Positions 36,356 to 46,146 of a stretch of 56,396 nucleotides of DNA are shown here, in pieces; position 1 is the first letter of the stretch, and each line of letters opens with the position of its first letter. The notes below the pieces were generated by a model. It ran no database searches and had not been told where the DNA came from. It saw only the letters and a program-made list of their open reading frames with translations. The position numbers and the translations under genes were made by a program. Source of the DNA: Patescibacteria group bacterium (GTDB taxonomy: Bacteria > Patescibacteriota > Patescibacteriia > Patescibacteriales > UBA12465); contig JAQWDY010000004.1 of the NCBI GenBank assembly GCA_028705215.1, positions 17,671-74,066 on the forward strand. Direction: 5' to 3'.

Positions 36356-37141
36356 TTACCTTATAATATTTGAAATATTTCCTTTTAATTCTTCTTCAGT
36401 ATCTATATTTTCTTGTAAATTAGGAATCTCTTCATATTCTAAATCAGATTTTATGCTGATTTCTCCTAAGTTGCTTTTTACTTTTTTTCTTTTTTTATTT
36501 TTTACATTCTTCTTGCCAAATAAGTAAAGACTATATTTATCTTCAGGAAAAACATAGATATAAAATAAGGAGAAAAGAAAAGCGACAATAAAAGCCATTG
36601 CGCTATTTACTAACAGATTTGGTTTAACAGGGTAGCTAGAAGCAAGCGGTTGATCTATAATACTAATTTCTACATTCTTACCCCCATGATAATCTTGATT
36701 ACTGTTGATTAAAATATCATTTACAGCCAAAGCAATTTTTCGTGCTTCTGCTACTTTAGTATGATAAATATTAATTTCAATAATACCTGTATCCTGTTTC
36801 GTCTTAGTTAAAACCGTCTTATTCCAACGTTTTAATTGTTTACTATACTCACCCGCAAAATAATTCTTGTCAACATTATATTTAGAATTTAAAACCTTAT
36901 CATAGAAAGAGCCAGAATAAACTACAGTGGCTAACAAATTACCAAGATATTCATTAGAACGAGACAAAGAATAGGCATCGGTATTATCAGAGTTTTGCGT
37001 AACAAGCAAACGAGAAGAAACTCCATATTTTAAAGGCTGAGTCAGTGATACTAAAATAGCCATCATTGTAACAACTAATAAAATAGCAACGATTGTTTGT
37101 GTTTTACGACGCAGTAGTTTTAGAAAATCATTAAATTCCAT
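36356..37141 (-). CDS. Wzz/CpsC-type polysaccharide chain-length determinant-like protein
   Basis: N-terminus FLKLLRRKTQTIVAILLVVTMMAILVSLTQPLKYGVSSRLLV, a periplasmic-type middle region and a second TM helix (LLVNSAMAFIVAFLFSLFYIYVF), followed by a K-rich/acidic tail. Confidence 0.75.
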   Translation of the reverse strand: MEFNDFLKLLRRKTQTIVAILLVVTMMAILVSLTQPLKYGVSSRLLVTQNSDNTDAYSLSRSNEYLGNLLATVVYSGSFYDKVLNSKYNVDKNYFAGEYSKQLKRWNKTVLTKTKQDTGIIEINIYHTKVAEARKIALAVNDILINSNQDYHGGKNVEISIIDQPLASSYPVKPNLLVNSAMAFIVAFLFSLFYIYVFPEDKYSLYLFGKKNVKNKKRKKVKSNLGEISIKSDLEYEEIPNLQENIDTEEELKGNISNIIR

Positions 37142-37181
37142 ATTTATTAATTTAACTAGTTTAATTTATTTTACTCTTGCA

Positions 37182-37210
37182 ACTATACTACAAATGAATT
37201 TATTTGTCAA
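37182..37210 (-). promoter_or_regulatory. Promoter TTGACA-N17-TATAGT for the wzz-like gene and ORF 35822-36301
   Basis: -35 at 37205-37210 and -10 at 37182-37187 (minus strand). Confidence 0.6.
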
Positions 37211-37250
37211 GAGTTATTTTACTGGATCTAATAATATAAGGCAAGCACCC

Positions 37251-37279
37251 TTGACATATTTTTAATAATAATGTACAAT
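37251..37279 (+). promoter_or_regulatory. Promoter TTGACA-N17-TACAAT for the beta-propeller gene 37343-38620
   Basis: -35 at 37251-37256 and -10 at 37274-37279. Divergent from the wzz-like promoter. Confidence 0.6.
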
Positions 37280-37342
37280 AAATTATTAATTAATTTTTTA
37301 AATTAAATTGTCGCTTTTTAAGCGGGCAAAATTATAAATAAT

Positions 37343-38620
37343 ATGAGAAAATGGATAATTTTATCAGTAATATTGATTTCAGCCGCCTCCCTTCTAATTT
37401 TTGCAAATCCTGGGAAAAGTCGCTTAAAATCATATTACTCAGGTGACGCTATTAGTTTCAATGATCAAGTTTATGTAAGCAGCACTAACACAGGTCGTCT
37501 TGAAATTTTTCGCCTCCAAGATAATAGACTTGATTTAGTTGTTAGCGCTCAACCTTATAACGCTCGTTTTAACACCTACGACGATTTTTACGATGCTATC
37601 TTCAATATAGAGGGTAATCGTTTATACGTTTATGCTGTTTCCAATTATACCTTATATAAGTATGAATTAACCGGCACAAAATTAACTCTAGTAACAGAGA
37701 ATAAGAATACTTATTGGGAGTGGTATAACCGCGTAGCTAAGTTTGGTGATGATATAGTCACAATTAGCGCTAAAGGAATTAAGGTCTTTAGTCCTAATCT
37801 TGAAGTAATTGTGGCACATGATTTTAACAATGTTGCTGCTCCCTATAATCTAAGTGGCAGCAATCCTCGCTTTTATTTAAGCGTAGATGAGGTAAATAGT
37901 GCTCTTTCAGTTTATGATCGTGAAGCACGTGAAGTAGTCTCAACTATTTCTCTAAATTTCAAATACGACAAGGGTAATCGTCGCGCCTATCAAGATATAC
38001 ACGGCAATATCTTTGTTGTTGATGACTACTATGCTAAAAAGTTTAATGTTGCCGGAAAATTACTAGCAAGTTATTCTCATTTAGACTTTCAAGGTTTTGA
38101 TATCTCGGGCAATAATCACTCCGAATATGTTTATTTTAGCAATGGAGTTGGCGTAGTAAAGCTTGATAAAAACATGAAAGAAGTAGACTATGCCTGGACT
38201 GGCAACTTAGGCGCCAGCGCTGGTTGGGCTATGGGAATTAAATCAGTATATAACAATGGCGATAAACTTATTGTTTTTAATAATACCAGCATCCTGGTTT
38301 TAGATGATAAACTAAATCAGATAGCTTCAGTTGTTGCTAGCGAAGAAGCCGATAAATGGGCAAGCGAGAATTTATTTTTGAAATTAGATAAAAATCGTGC
38401 CGCTGTTAATTCTGATATTATGATAAGTGGAGGCGGCTACTTCCCTTATGAAGATTTAACTATTACTTTTGGCAAGGAAAAATATAGTGCTCAGGCTGAC
38501 ATTAATGGTCGCTTTTCTAAGATTATTAATGTTCCTCAGTTAAGAGCTGGTGGACACGATATTAAAGTTAGTGGCGAAGAATCAGCTTTTCACTATAGCA
38601 TTTCCTTTCAAGTAGAATAA
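37343..38620 (+). CDS. Secreted beta-propeller-like protein with a C-terminal Ig-like domain
   Basis: Signal/anchor sequence MRKWIILSVILISAASLLIFA. About 7 blade-like repeats (e.g. RLYVYAVSNYTLYKYEL, NIFVVDDYYAKKFNV, KLIVFNNTSILVLDD) and a C-terminal beta-sandwich-like segment. Confidence 0.55.
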   Translation: MRKWIILSVILISAASLLIFANPGKSRLKSYYSGDAISFNDQVYVSSTNTGRLEIFRLQDNRLDLVVSAQPYNARFNTYDDFYDAIFNIEGNRLYVYAVSNYTLYKYELTGTKLTLVTENKNTYWEWYNRVAKFGDDIVTISAKGIKVFSPNLEVIVAHDFNNVAAPYNLSGSNPRFYLSVDEVNSALSVYDREAREVVSTISLNFKYDKGNRRAYQDIHGNIFVVDDYYAKKFNVAGKLLASYSHLDFQGFDISGNNHSEYVYFSNGVGVVKLDKNMKEVDYAWTGNLGASAGWAMGIKSVYNNGDKLIVFNNTSILVLDDKLNQIASVVASEEADKWASENLFLKLDKNRAAVNSDIMISGGGYFPYEDLTITFGKEKYSAQADINGRFSKIINVPQLRAGGHDIKVSGEESAFHYSISFQVE

Positions 38621-38637
38621 TGTAAAGTTTAGGCGTA

Positions 38638-38672
38638 TAAAAAAACCGTCTTAGAAAAAGGCGGTTTTTTTA
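38638..38672. terminator. Bidirectional terminator between convergent genes 37343-38620 (+) and 38690-39907 (-)
   Basis: AAAAACCGTC...GGCGGTTTTTTT. Confidence 0.7.
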
Positions 38673-38689
38673 TAAACAAAATAGTATAT

Positions 38690-39907
38690 TTATATTAACT
38701 CCTGATAAACACCCATAACTTCATTTAAATTGTTTTCTGCATTTAAATTGGACACACTAAGATAAGCATTTTCACGCATTTTCTTTAAATTGTAATTACT
38801 AAGTTCCTTTATTTTAGTAGCCAAATCATTAACGTTGCCTGCTTCAAATAAAAAGCCATTGTATCCAGGCTTAATTATCTCTGGCATACCCCCTTGTAAA
38901 GAAGCGATTACTATTGTTTTCAAACTTAGAGCTTCTAACAAACTAAGTGGCATATTTTCGTACCAAATAGAAGGCAAAACCACTGCCCGCGCTTCCATTA
39001 TCAATTTCTTTAATCTATCACCTGTCTTAAAGCCAAGAAATTCTACCGGTGCATTTAAACTAATTGCTAATTTTTTTAAATCTTCATAACAAGGTCCGAC
39101 CCCGGCTATTTTAAGATTTTGTTTACTTAAAGTGGCTGCCTTAATCAAAGCACTTAATCCTTTTTCTAAGGACAGGCGCCCAAAATAAAACAAATAATCT
39201 CCCTCTTTTTTACTTCTTAACTCTTCCTGACTGGCACTTAAACTAGCAGAAAAAGAATTATAAACTACCCTTATCTTCTTTTCATCCCAACCATATTCTA
39301 CTACCTTATTTTTCATAAAATTACTGGGAGCAATAAAAAGGGAGATATTTTTTTTATAAATTTTAAGCCACTTATGATGTATAGTCATCTCCAATGCTGC
39401 CAGTAAGCTTTGACTTAACGAGTTTTTAAAGCAACGACGATAAACACAATTAAAATACTTATCCTTTTTACAAGCCTCACAAATTTGACCACGACAAAAA
39501 AGCTGATAATTTGGACATATTAATTTATAATCGTGTAAATGCATTACAACTGGTATCTTATACTTTTTGGCCACATCTAAAATAGAAGGTGATAATTGAT
39601 GATAGATATTATGGATATGAATAATATCTGGTTTAAAATCTAGTACGAGTTTTTTAAACTTACTCTTAGCTTCCAAGCTATAAATAATTCTTCCTGGTGC
39701 TTTCAATTTATCTTTAATTCCTCCCTCATTAAAACTTAGGCGAGAAACAAAATATCTATCCCAAGAAGATGGAATGTTTTTCGGATGGCGCATAGAAAAA
39801 TAAGCTACCTTGTGCCCAGCCTTTTCTAAGGCTTCACCGAGTTCTAAATAATATTTATCTGCCCCACCTCGCGGATAGTGAAATTTATTTACTTGCAAAA
39901 TGCGCAT
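38690..39907 (-). CDS. Glycosyltransferase family 4 with a Cys-rich insertion
   Basis: MRILQVNKFHYPRGGADKY N-terminus and C-terminal YENMPLSLLEALS...GGMPEII. Six Cys within 29 aa (CPNYQLFCRGQICEACKKDKYFNCVYRRC). The start is moved to ATG 39907. Confidence 0.85.
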   Translation of the reverse strand: MRILQVNKFHYPRGGADKYYLELGEALEKAGHKVAYFSMRHPKNIPSSWDRYFVSRLSFNEGGIKDKLKAPGRIIYSLEAKSKFKKLVLDFKPDIIHIHNIYHQLSPSILDVAKKYKIPVVMHLHDYKLICPNYQLFCRGQICEACKKDKYFNCVYRRCFKNSLSQSLLAALEMTIHHKWLKIYKKNISLFIAPSNFMKNKVVEYGWDEKKIRVVYNSFSASLSASQEELRSKKEGDYLFYFGRLSLEKGLSALIKAATLSKQNLKIAGVGPCYEDLKKLAISLNAPVEFLGFKTGDRLKKLIMEARAVVLPSIWYENMPLSLLEALSLKTIVIASLQGGMPEIIKPGYNGFLFEAGNVNDLATKIKELSNYNLKKMRENAYLSVSNLNAENNLNEVMGVYQELI

Positions 39908-39912
39908 AATTT

Positions 39913-41004
39913 TTATGTCAATAATTTTTCGTACCAAACGCTATAGTTAAAAACCATATTATTTAAAGAAAAGCGATTTTTTACTAAATCTTGTGCTCTT
40001 TGTGTTTTTTCTCTAATTTTCATATCATCAATATCAGAAAGAAGCTTATCTATTTTTAAGGCTAAATCATGTTCATCGCCGGGTAATGCAAGCCAACCGC
40101 TCTCAGTACCAATTATTTCTTTTATACCATCAATTTCAGAGGCAACTATTGGTTTCCTGGCGGCGGCGGCTTCAAGAGCCACTAAACCTAAGCCCTCCCA
40201 GAGCGAAGGAAAAACAAAAATATCAATTTTTTTAAAAAATAAAGGAGCATCAACCTTACCTAAAAATTTAATTTTTTCATTTAAATTTAATCTGCGCACC
40301 TGTCTTTTTAATTCTATTTCTAACTCTCCTTGTCCGGCAATTAAAAGTCTAAAGTTTTTATTTTTCAGCAAAGAGATAGCTTCTATTAAAACTGACAAAC
40401 CCTTTTGTTGACTTAACCTACCTAAAGAACCAATAATAATAGTGTCGCCCTTTTTTCTTTCTCGATAGCAATGAGAAAATCTCTCAACATCAACACCGTT
40501 ATAAATAACATCGATTTTTTCGGCTCCTAGTCGATAACGCTTTTTTGCGTCTTCCTTTACCGCTTGGGACACAGCAAATATTTTCAGTGTTAATGGAGCG
40601 GTTATTTTTTTTAACATTGAGACTATTTTTCTTTCACTTCGATTAACATTATGTTCTGTTGAAATAATCACCCTAACCCCCGCTAAAGATGCCGCCAGAC
40701 GACCGTAGATATCAGCTCCTAAATGAGTATGGACTATATCTGGTTTTAAATTTTTAATAACTTTATAAATTTTAAAGAAATTAGAAATATCTATTTTCGT
40801 CTTTTTTTTCAATTTATAAACTGGGATTCCTTTTTGTGCCAACTCTTTTTTCCATGCTAGACCCTGCCCCGCATCCTTAAATAACAAAAGAGCTGGACTA
40901 AAACGCCTCATCTCAAGATTAGAAATAATATCAAAGCAAACTTTTTCCGCCCCTCCCCTACTTAAGCTGGGAAGGATATGGAGTACTTTTATCTTTTTTT
41001 CCAT
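39913..41004 (-). CDS. Glycosyltransferase family 4
   Basis: KVLHILPSLSRGGAEK N-terminus, GRLSQQKG and SLWEGLGLVALEAAAARKPIVASEIDGIKE. Confidence 0.88.
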   Translation of the reverse strand: MEKKIKVLHILPSLSRGGAEKVCFDIISNLEMRRFSPALLLFKDAGQGLAWKKELAQKGIPVYKLKKKTKIDISNFFKIYKVIKNLKPDIVHTHLGADIYGRLAASLAGVRVIISTEHNVNRSERKIVSMLKKITAPLTLKIFAVSQAVKEDAKKRYRLGAEKIDVIYNGVDVERFSHCYRERKKGDTIIIGSLGRLSQQKGLSVLIEAISLLKNKNFRLLIAGQGELEIELKRQVRRLNLNEKIKFLGKVDAPLFFKKIDIFVFPSLWEGLGLVALEAAAARKPIVASEIDGIKEIIGTESGWLALPGDEHDLALKIDKLLSDIDDMKIREKTQRAQDLVKNRFSLNNMVFNYSVWYEKLLT

Positions 41005-42268
41005 ATAAAGCTTCAGAAAATTTAATCGCTAATAAAAATAGCACTAGCGGCAACCAAACTCTTCCCTTAAAATAGGAAGTGTTAAAAAATTGAAAAAATA
41101 TACCACCTAAGGCTGCTAAGGCAAAAGGTAAAACCCAATTTACTCGCGGATAGTATTTATTTAAAGTAATAATGGTAAAACGAACTAAATAAAGCAAAAT
41201 AAACAACCAGCTAAACAGGCCTAAAATTCCCGTCTCAGCTAATATTTTCTGCAACATGCCATGTGAGTCAACTGGGGCGCCGTATTTAGCGCTAAAGCGC
41301 GTATTAGCGGCCACTAAATCAATATAGCTGCCACTTCCCTGGCCCAATAAAGGCTTATCATAAAAAGCATCAAGCGCAATTTCTGTTAGCAACCAACGAT
41401 TTTCGGTTGAGCTTGTATTTTTTTCTTGCAAGGAGCTCATCTTGAAAAATAAAGGCGAGATAACAATAAGGAACAGACAGGCTAAGATGGCCGCTGTCAT
41501 CTTTTCTCGTGGTCGATGTTTTAAACGATAAAATAGATAAAGAGCGGATTGCAAAAACAAAGTAATCCAACCGGTGCGAGAAAAGGTTAAAATAATACCC
41601 AAGCCAGAGAGAATAAAAAGCGCATCAATTAATCGTTTCCCTTTTTTTGTTTTAATAAACTCACGAATAACAAGAATAAAAAAAGCGCCAATATTTAAAA
41701 ATTCAGCCACTAAATTATGATTTTCTCCAAAAGGATAGCTATTAAAAATATAAATCGATTTTAGGCGAAAGAATGAATATTGCCAATCCTGTCCGATTAA
41801 CGAAGCAAAACCTGAGATTAAAACTAAAATAGCACTTATTGTTACTAAAATAACTGTTTTTTTTAAGGTCTTGGGATTTTTAATAATATTAAAGGGCACA
41901 AAAATATAGGCCATGTAAAGAAAAACTGGCCAACGTAAAAAATAATACCAGGAAGATATATTATTTCCATTTATTATAATTGATAAAATATTTATCAAAA
42001 AGAAAAGAGCAAAAGGGTAAAATAAGGGCCAAATTAATTTTTCTCTTTTAAGAGGTTTAAATAAATAGGTAAAAAATAGGTGAAAAAGAAAACCAAAAAG
42101 AGTGCAAAGTGCAATTAAATCTGAGGCAGGAATAATAAGCCCTTGTATATAAAAATCCCGACCTATCACCGGCAGACTCAAAGCGGTTAAATATAGCCCA
42201 AGTTTTGGCTTAAAGGCAGATGCTAGAATTACTAAGATCGCCCCTGTGATAATATAATATTCCATCAT
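40958..42268 (-). CDS. O-antigen ligase/polymerase-family (Wzy_C) polytopic membrane protein
   Basis: 436 aa, ~10-12 TM helices, with the SRTGWI motif preceding a large loop. Overlaps the downstream GT4 gene by 47 nt. Confidence 0.8.
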   Translation of the reverse strand: MMEYYIITGAILVILASAFKPKLGLYLTALSLPVIGRDFYIQGLIIPASDLIALCTLFGFLFHLFFTYLFKPLKREKLIWPLFYPFALFFLINILSIIINGNNISSWYYFLRWPVFLYMAYIFVPFNIIKNPKTLKKTVILVTISAILVLISGFASLIGQDWQYSFFRLKSIYIFNSYPFGENHNLVAEFLNIGAFFILVIREFIKTKKGKRLIDALFILSGLGIILTFSRTGWITLFLQSALYLFYRLKHRPREKMTAAILACLFLIVISPLFFKMSSLQEKNTSSTENRWLLTEIALDAFYDKPLLGQGSGSYIDLVAANTRFSAKYGAPVDSHGMLQKILAETGILGLFSWLFILLYLVRFTIITLNKYYPRVNWVLPFALAALGGIFFQFFNTSYFKGRVWLPLVLFLLAIKFSEALYGKKDKSTPYPSQLK

Positions 42269-42298
42269 AGCTAATTTAATAATAGCCTAAAAATTAAA

Positions 42299-42336
42299 AT
42301 AAAAAAAGGTTAAACATTATTTATTTAACCTTTTTA
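42299..42336 (-). terminator. Terminator between the GHL-like gene and the O-antigen-ligase-like gene
   Basis: AAAAGGTTAAA (42304-42314) pairs with TTTAACCTTTT (42324-42334). Confidence 0.6.
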
Positions 42337-42349
42337 CTTTTACCATCTT

Positions 42350-43519
42350 TTAATGAGAATACATTATTATTGCACTCTTCTGTAAAAGTGGATCAACTTC
42401 TACCCGCAAATTTTCATAATCTCGCGCATATAAGTTGTCATAACTTGTGCTCTGACCTCTTGGTTTACCTGGATCAATTTCAAATTCAGGAAAAACTCCA
42501 GCATTATCTTGACCAACGGCAATATATGCGTTATCAAGCAACAGGGTGCTTGCTAAACCAAATTGCAAAAGATGTCTTTCTACTTGCAAAATGGTGTAAG
42601 GTCCTGTTTTACGAGCATTGCTCATTGATTGCCCCCAGCCAAAAGCCCACTTATCTCCAAGATAGTCATTGGGAAATTTTTCAAAAAACTTACCATCAAC
42701 ATATTTTAAAAGATTAGTGTCTCCTTTGTTGCTAAGAATTAACATCTTGCGGGAGCGAAAAAGATTACGCCAGAATGAATAACCGTGAATGGAACGTAAA
42801 AATCTATTTTGCCCTTTAGACCAAGATTTATCAATAAAGGCATCAGAATCGGGTTGATTATCAGAGTTGATATCAATCTTTTCTGGCTTGTTTTGATAAA
42901 CCCAGGAAATATTAACAGTGCCGTTATCCTGAAAATAACCATCAAAAATAGGATCAGATAAAATTTCACGTTTCAATTTTTTAGCCATCCACTGATAATA
43001 GCGTTCGCCATTAATGCGCGGACAAGTAGCTGAAATGTTAAGCATTATCATCCCTGGCCAAAAATTAGCAAATTGCAAAGATTGCCTTTCTTGACTTACC
43101 GTTTTAAGTAGCCAAGCTGGTCTTTTCTCTGTAATTTCTTTTATTACCTTATTCTGCCAGGGTCGAGTTTGGTAAAGAGTGGTAAAAATTTCCATTGGAT
43201 TACTATAAGCTAAAATAATGATATCGGGATTCATTTTTTTAATTTCCAATAAGCGATATCGATTATTAAACTTATTCTCCAAATCAATAATTAACAGGTC
43301 GTGACGTGCTAAATTTAACGCGTCTCTTTCTCCCATTGTCGGAGAAGTCCAGTAAGCGGCTGTCTTAATCGGATAATTAGCTACTGGCGCTATATTCATT
43401 TGCGCCAATTCTCTCTTATCCTTTAAGCCCTGCCAGATTAAGTGGCGCTGCTTAAATAGCAAAATGCTAATTAAACCTAAGGTAATTAGCAAAACAAAAA
43501 GCAAAATCTTTTTTTTCAT
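42350..43519 (-). CDS. Membrane-anchored putative glycoside-hydrolase-like (GHL/GH114-type) protein, paralogue of the N-domain of ORF 18506-20536
   Basis: MKKKILLFVLLITLGLISILLF anchor. Shared blocks DLLIIDLE, NPDIIILAY, WPGMIMLNIS and FDGYFQDN. Own TTGACA-N17-TATAGT promoter, and the start is moved to ATG 43519. Confidence 0.65.
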   Translation of the reverse strand: MKKKILLFVLLITLGLISILLFKQRHLIWQGLKDKRELAQMNIAPVANYPIKTAAYWTSPTMGERDALNLARHDLLIIDLENKFNNRYRLLEIKKMNPDIIILAYSNPMEIFTTLYQTRPWQNKVIKEITEKRPAWLLKTVSQERQSLQFANFWPGMIMLNISATCPRINGERYYQWMAKKLKREILSDPIFDGYFQDNGTVNISWVYQNKPEKIDINSDNQPDSDAFIDKSWSKGQNRFLRSIHGYSFWRNLFRSRKMLILSNKGDTNLLKYVDGKFFEKFPNDYLGDKWAFGWGQSMSNARKTGPYTILQVERHLLQFGLASTLLLDNAYIAVGQDNAGVFPEFEIDPGKPRGQSTSYDNLYARDYENLRVEVDPLLQKSAIIMYSH

Positions 43520-43562
43520 GCGTTTATTGAGTTTTATGTTAATGTTCAATTTATGCACCCCT

Positions 43563-43591
43563 ACTATATAATAAATATGAGTTTTTGTCAA
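43563..43591 (-). promoter_or_regulatory. Promoter TTGACA-N17-TATAGT for the GHL-like gene 42350-43519
   Basis: -35 at 43586-43591 and -10 at 43563-43568 (minus strand). It lies inside the track's TTG-started N-terminal extension, which supports the ATG 43519 start. Confidence 0.6.
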
Positions 43592-43637
43592 TATTAAAAA
43601 TGCCTCCAATTGGAAGCAAATATTAACAAAACAATAA

Positions 43638-44315
43638 TTAATCTTTATTATTTTCCCAGTGTAAAACTACGTGCCCTAATAGGCGAGTGAGATTAAAGAA
43701 AACAATAATGCTGTCATAAGCGCGACTTAGATAATTTATCAGCGGAAAACGATGTAGATAACTATAGGTAGCTGGAAAATATTTTTTTTCTACTAATTTC
43801 CAGTTATTTTTTTCCATAATGGAAATAAAATTAGCAATGTTACGATAGGAGTACCTTACCGGATAGGCGGGGTCAGCTCCCCGACGACGAAATTTTTGAT
43901 GAAATTTAGTAGAAGTAATTTTAGCAAGAATAAACTCAGGGGCCTGTGGATTAGGTAAAGTAATTACCAGATTCCCTTCTCTTTTAATAATCCGCCCTGT
44001 CTCCTTAGCCATTTTATCTGTATCCTCAATGTGCTCCATGACAAAATTAGCAAAAGCTAAATCATAGGAATCAGTTTCAATTACCCGCATGTCTTCCAGG
44101 CCACAACGAAAAATATTTTTTACATAAGGTGCAGAAACTTGAGCATCGTCTACATCAGAGCGATCACAAATAAATTTTAAGCCTGTTTCAAGCAAGGCGT
44201 TTTCCACTACCACACTTTTTGCCGCTCCTAAATTAATCAATCTTAACACTCGTTTTTCTAAAATAAGAATTTTCTTTAATATTTTTATTAAATATCTTTC
44301 TGCCTCAGTTTGCAT
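43638..44315 (-). CDS. Class I SAM-dependent methyltransferase
   Basis: Motif I-like LINLGAAKS, post-I acidic residue and the Methyltransf_11-like block YDLAFANFVMEHIED. Confidence 0.7.
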   Translation of the reverse strand: MQTEAERYLIKILKKILILEKRVLRLINLGAAKSVVVENALLETGLKFICDRSDVDDAQVSAPYVKNIFRCGLEDMRVIETDSYDLAFANFVMEHIEDTDKMAKETGRIIKREGNLVITLPNPQAPEFILAKITSTKFHQKFRRRGADPAYPVRYSYRNIANFISIMEKNNWKLVEKKYFPATYSYLHRFPLINYLSRAYDSIIVFFNLTRLLGHVVLHWENNKD

Positions 44316-44319
44316 ATGC

Positions 44320-46146
44320 TTAAGGCTTGATAATTAAATCTTGCTCAAGTTGCCGTGGATAATACATGTTATTGATAGTCACTCCTAATCTTTCCGTTCG
44401 TCGCCCCGCTTGTTTTTGTATAAGCAAGGAATAATCGGACTTAATTCTGTCCGGTAAGGTATAATTAATTTCCAAATGTCCGCTATTTTTTGGCTCCAAA
44501 CTAAAGAAAAAAGCAAAAACAGTTTTATCTAATAAAACATCATCATAAGTTGAAATTGAGGCGGCCTCCAGATTAATTTGCCCATGAGCTTGAAGTGATT
44601 CTAATTTAGAACCCCGCGGAACATAAACCCTGGTATAACTACGATAACGCGTTGTACGCCAATTAAAATCTCCTTCGTGTTTATAGGAAAGTTTTAAATT
44701 AGCCTGCAAAGAAGAAGGTTGTAAGTTGTAATCGATTTCTTTTATTAAAACAGCGTCGCTTTTAAAAGCAGCTAAATTAGCGTCAACAACTAAAAAATAA
44801 TCACTATTTGTTTTTTTCACTTCGCCACTGGCACCAAGATCATAAACTAATGACTGCCACGCTGAGTTGGGAAAATAAATTTGCAAATCTTTGCTCAGTG
44901 AGTTCTTTTCAATAATACTTAACAAATCAAGCAAGTGCTCTGTATCTAAATTTAGTAAACGAATTTTTAACTCTTCTAATAACTCATTAATTACCTGTTT
45001 TCTATCCCAGGAAGCGATATCTTGCTCCTTATAGGCCACCTCAACACTATATTGCAATAGGGGTTGAAGATTATCAGGTGTATAAACTTCACCACCAGCA
45101 GAAATTGGACCAACAAGCGCTAAAAGATCAGATACAAATTTAGGAGTAATCCCCATAACACCGGTAAAGTCAGGTGACACTTGTCCTACAGCCTGACTCT
45201 CGCCTTGATAAATTTCGATAATTTTTCGTGCCGATGTCGGCCAGTCAGGCGACCAATTAGCATCACGTAAGTACCAATTTTCAACCTCCATATACTTTTT
45301 AATTGGTGCTGGTGGCTCCATTTTCCATTTACCAACCGCTGGCATATCAAGGTGATAGCTATCATAGGTTAAAAGATGACTAATTTCTCCATTTAACACA
45401 GAAAGTAGGCCAAAAACACCAATAAAGCCTCCACTTGGCCTTAACTCATCATTATTGTGCATAATCACCAAAAAGTTACTTTGACTTGGAAAACCAGCAA
45501 AAGCAGGCAATAATTTAATAAGTGGCGTCGCTTGGCTAAGCAGATGAATCGCGGTATCAAGTTCAGCTTTTAAATCACTAATGTCAGAATAAATAGGATA
45601 AAGAACACCAATTTTTTTTATATTTTCTAAATTTAACTTGGCTAACTCCAAATTAGCACGTAGACCATTTAACTCTGGCTCTGACTCATAAATAAGACGA
45701 AAAAACTCCTGTTTTTGCGAAAGCGGCATCTGAGCAAAAGAGGAATTAGAGGTTTTGTACAAAGTGTCAAACTCGGCCGCTAGCGGTAGAGCTTGTGTTA
45801 ATGATTTGCTAATTAAGGAAGCTGTTTTAAGTAAATATTCTAAATCTAAAAGTTGATGATTTAAGGGCTTTATTTTAGAAAACAAAGGACGAGCTTTAAC
45901 ATTTTCCAAACTACTTAAAGCGATATCGATTTTTTCGCTTGCCTTTTCATTGCTCTTTTTAGCTTCATCAAAGTTACGCGCTAAACTCTGCGTGGCCGCT
46001 TCTTGCAAGTATTCTTTTGCCGCTAAACCAGCAAGTGCCGTATTTTTAATATCAGAAAAAGCAGAAACCAGCAGTCCCAGCAATAGAACAATAAAGATTA
46101 ATAAAGTAAGCGCTAAATATTTAAAAAATTTAACTAGAGCTTTCAT
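44320..46146 (-). CDS. DUF4012-like membrane-anchored extracytoplasmic protein
   Basis: N-terminal TM helix. NNDELRPSGGFIG, as I recall it, is characteristic of DUF4012 proteins found in cell-envelope glycan loci. Family assignment is from memory only. Confidence 0.6.
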   Translation of the reverse strand: MKALVKFFKYLALTLLIFIVLLLGLLVSAFSDIKNTALAGLAAKEYLQEAATQSLARNFDEAKKSNEKASEKIDIALSSLENVKARPLFSKIKPLNHQLLDLEYLLKTASLISKSLTQALPLAAEFDTLYKTSNSSFAQMPLSQKQEFFRLIYESEPELNGLRANLELAKLNLENIKKIGVLYPIYSDISDLKAELDTAIHLLSQATPLIKLLPAFAGFPSQSNFLVIMHNNDELRPSGGFIGVFGLLSVLNGEISHLLTYDSYHLDMPAVGKWKMEPPAPIKKYMEVENWYLRDANWSPDWPTSARKIIEIYQGESQAVGQVSPDFTGVMGITPKFVSDLLALVGPISAGGEVYTPDNLQPLLQYSVEVAYKEQDIASWDRKQVINELLEELKIRLLNLDTEHLLDLLSIIEKNSLSKDLQIYFPNSAWQSLVYDLGASGEVKKTNSDYFLVVDANLAAFKSDAVLIKEIDYNLQPSSLQANLKLSYKHEGDFNWRTTRYRSYTRVYVPRGSKLESLQAHGQINLEAASISTYDDVLLDKTVFAFFFSLEPKNSGHLEINYTLPDRIKSDYSLLIQKQAGRRTERLGVTINNMYYPRQLEQDLIIKP

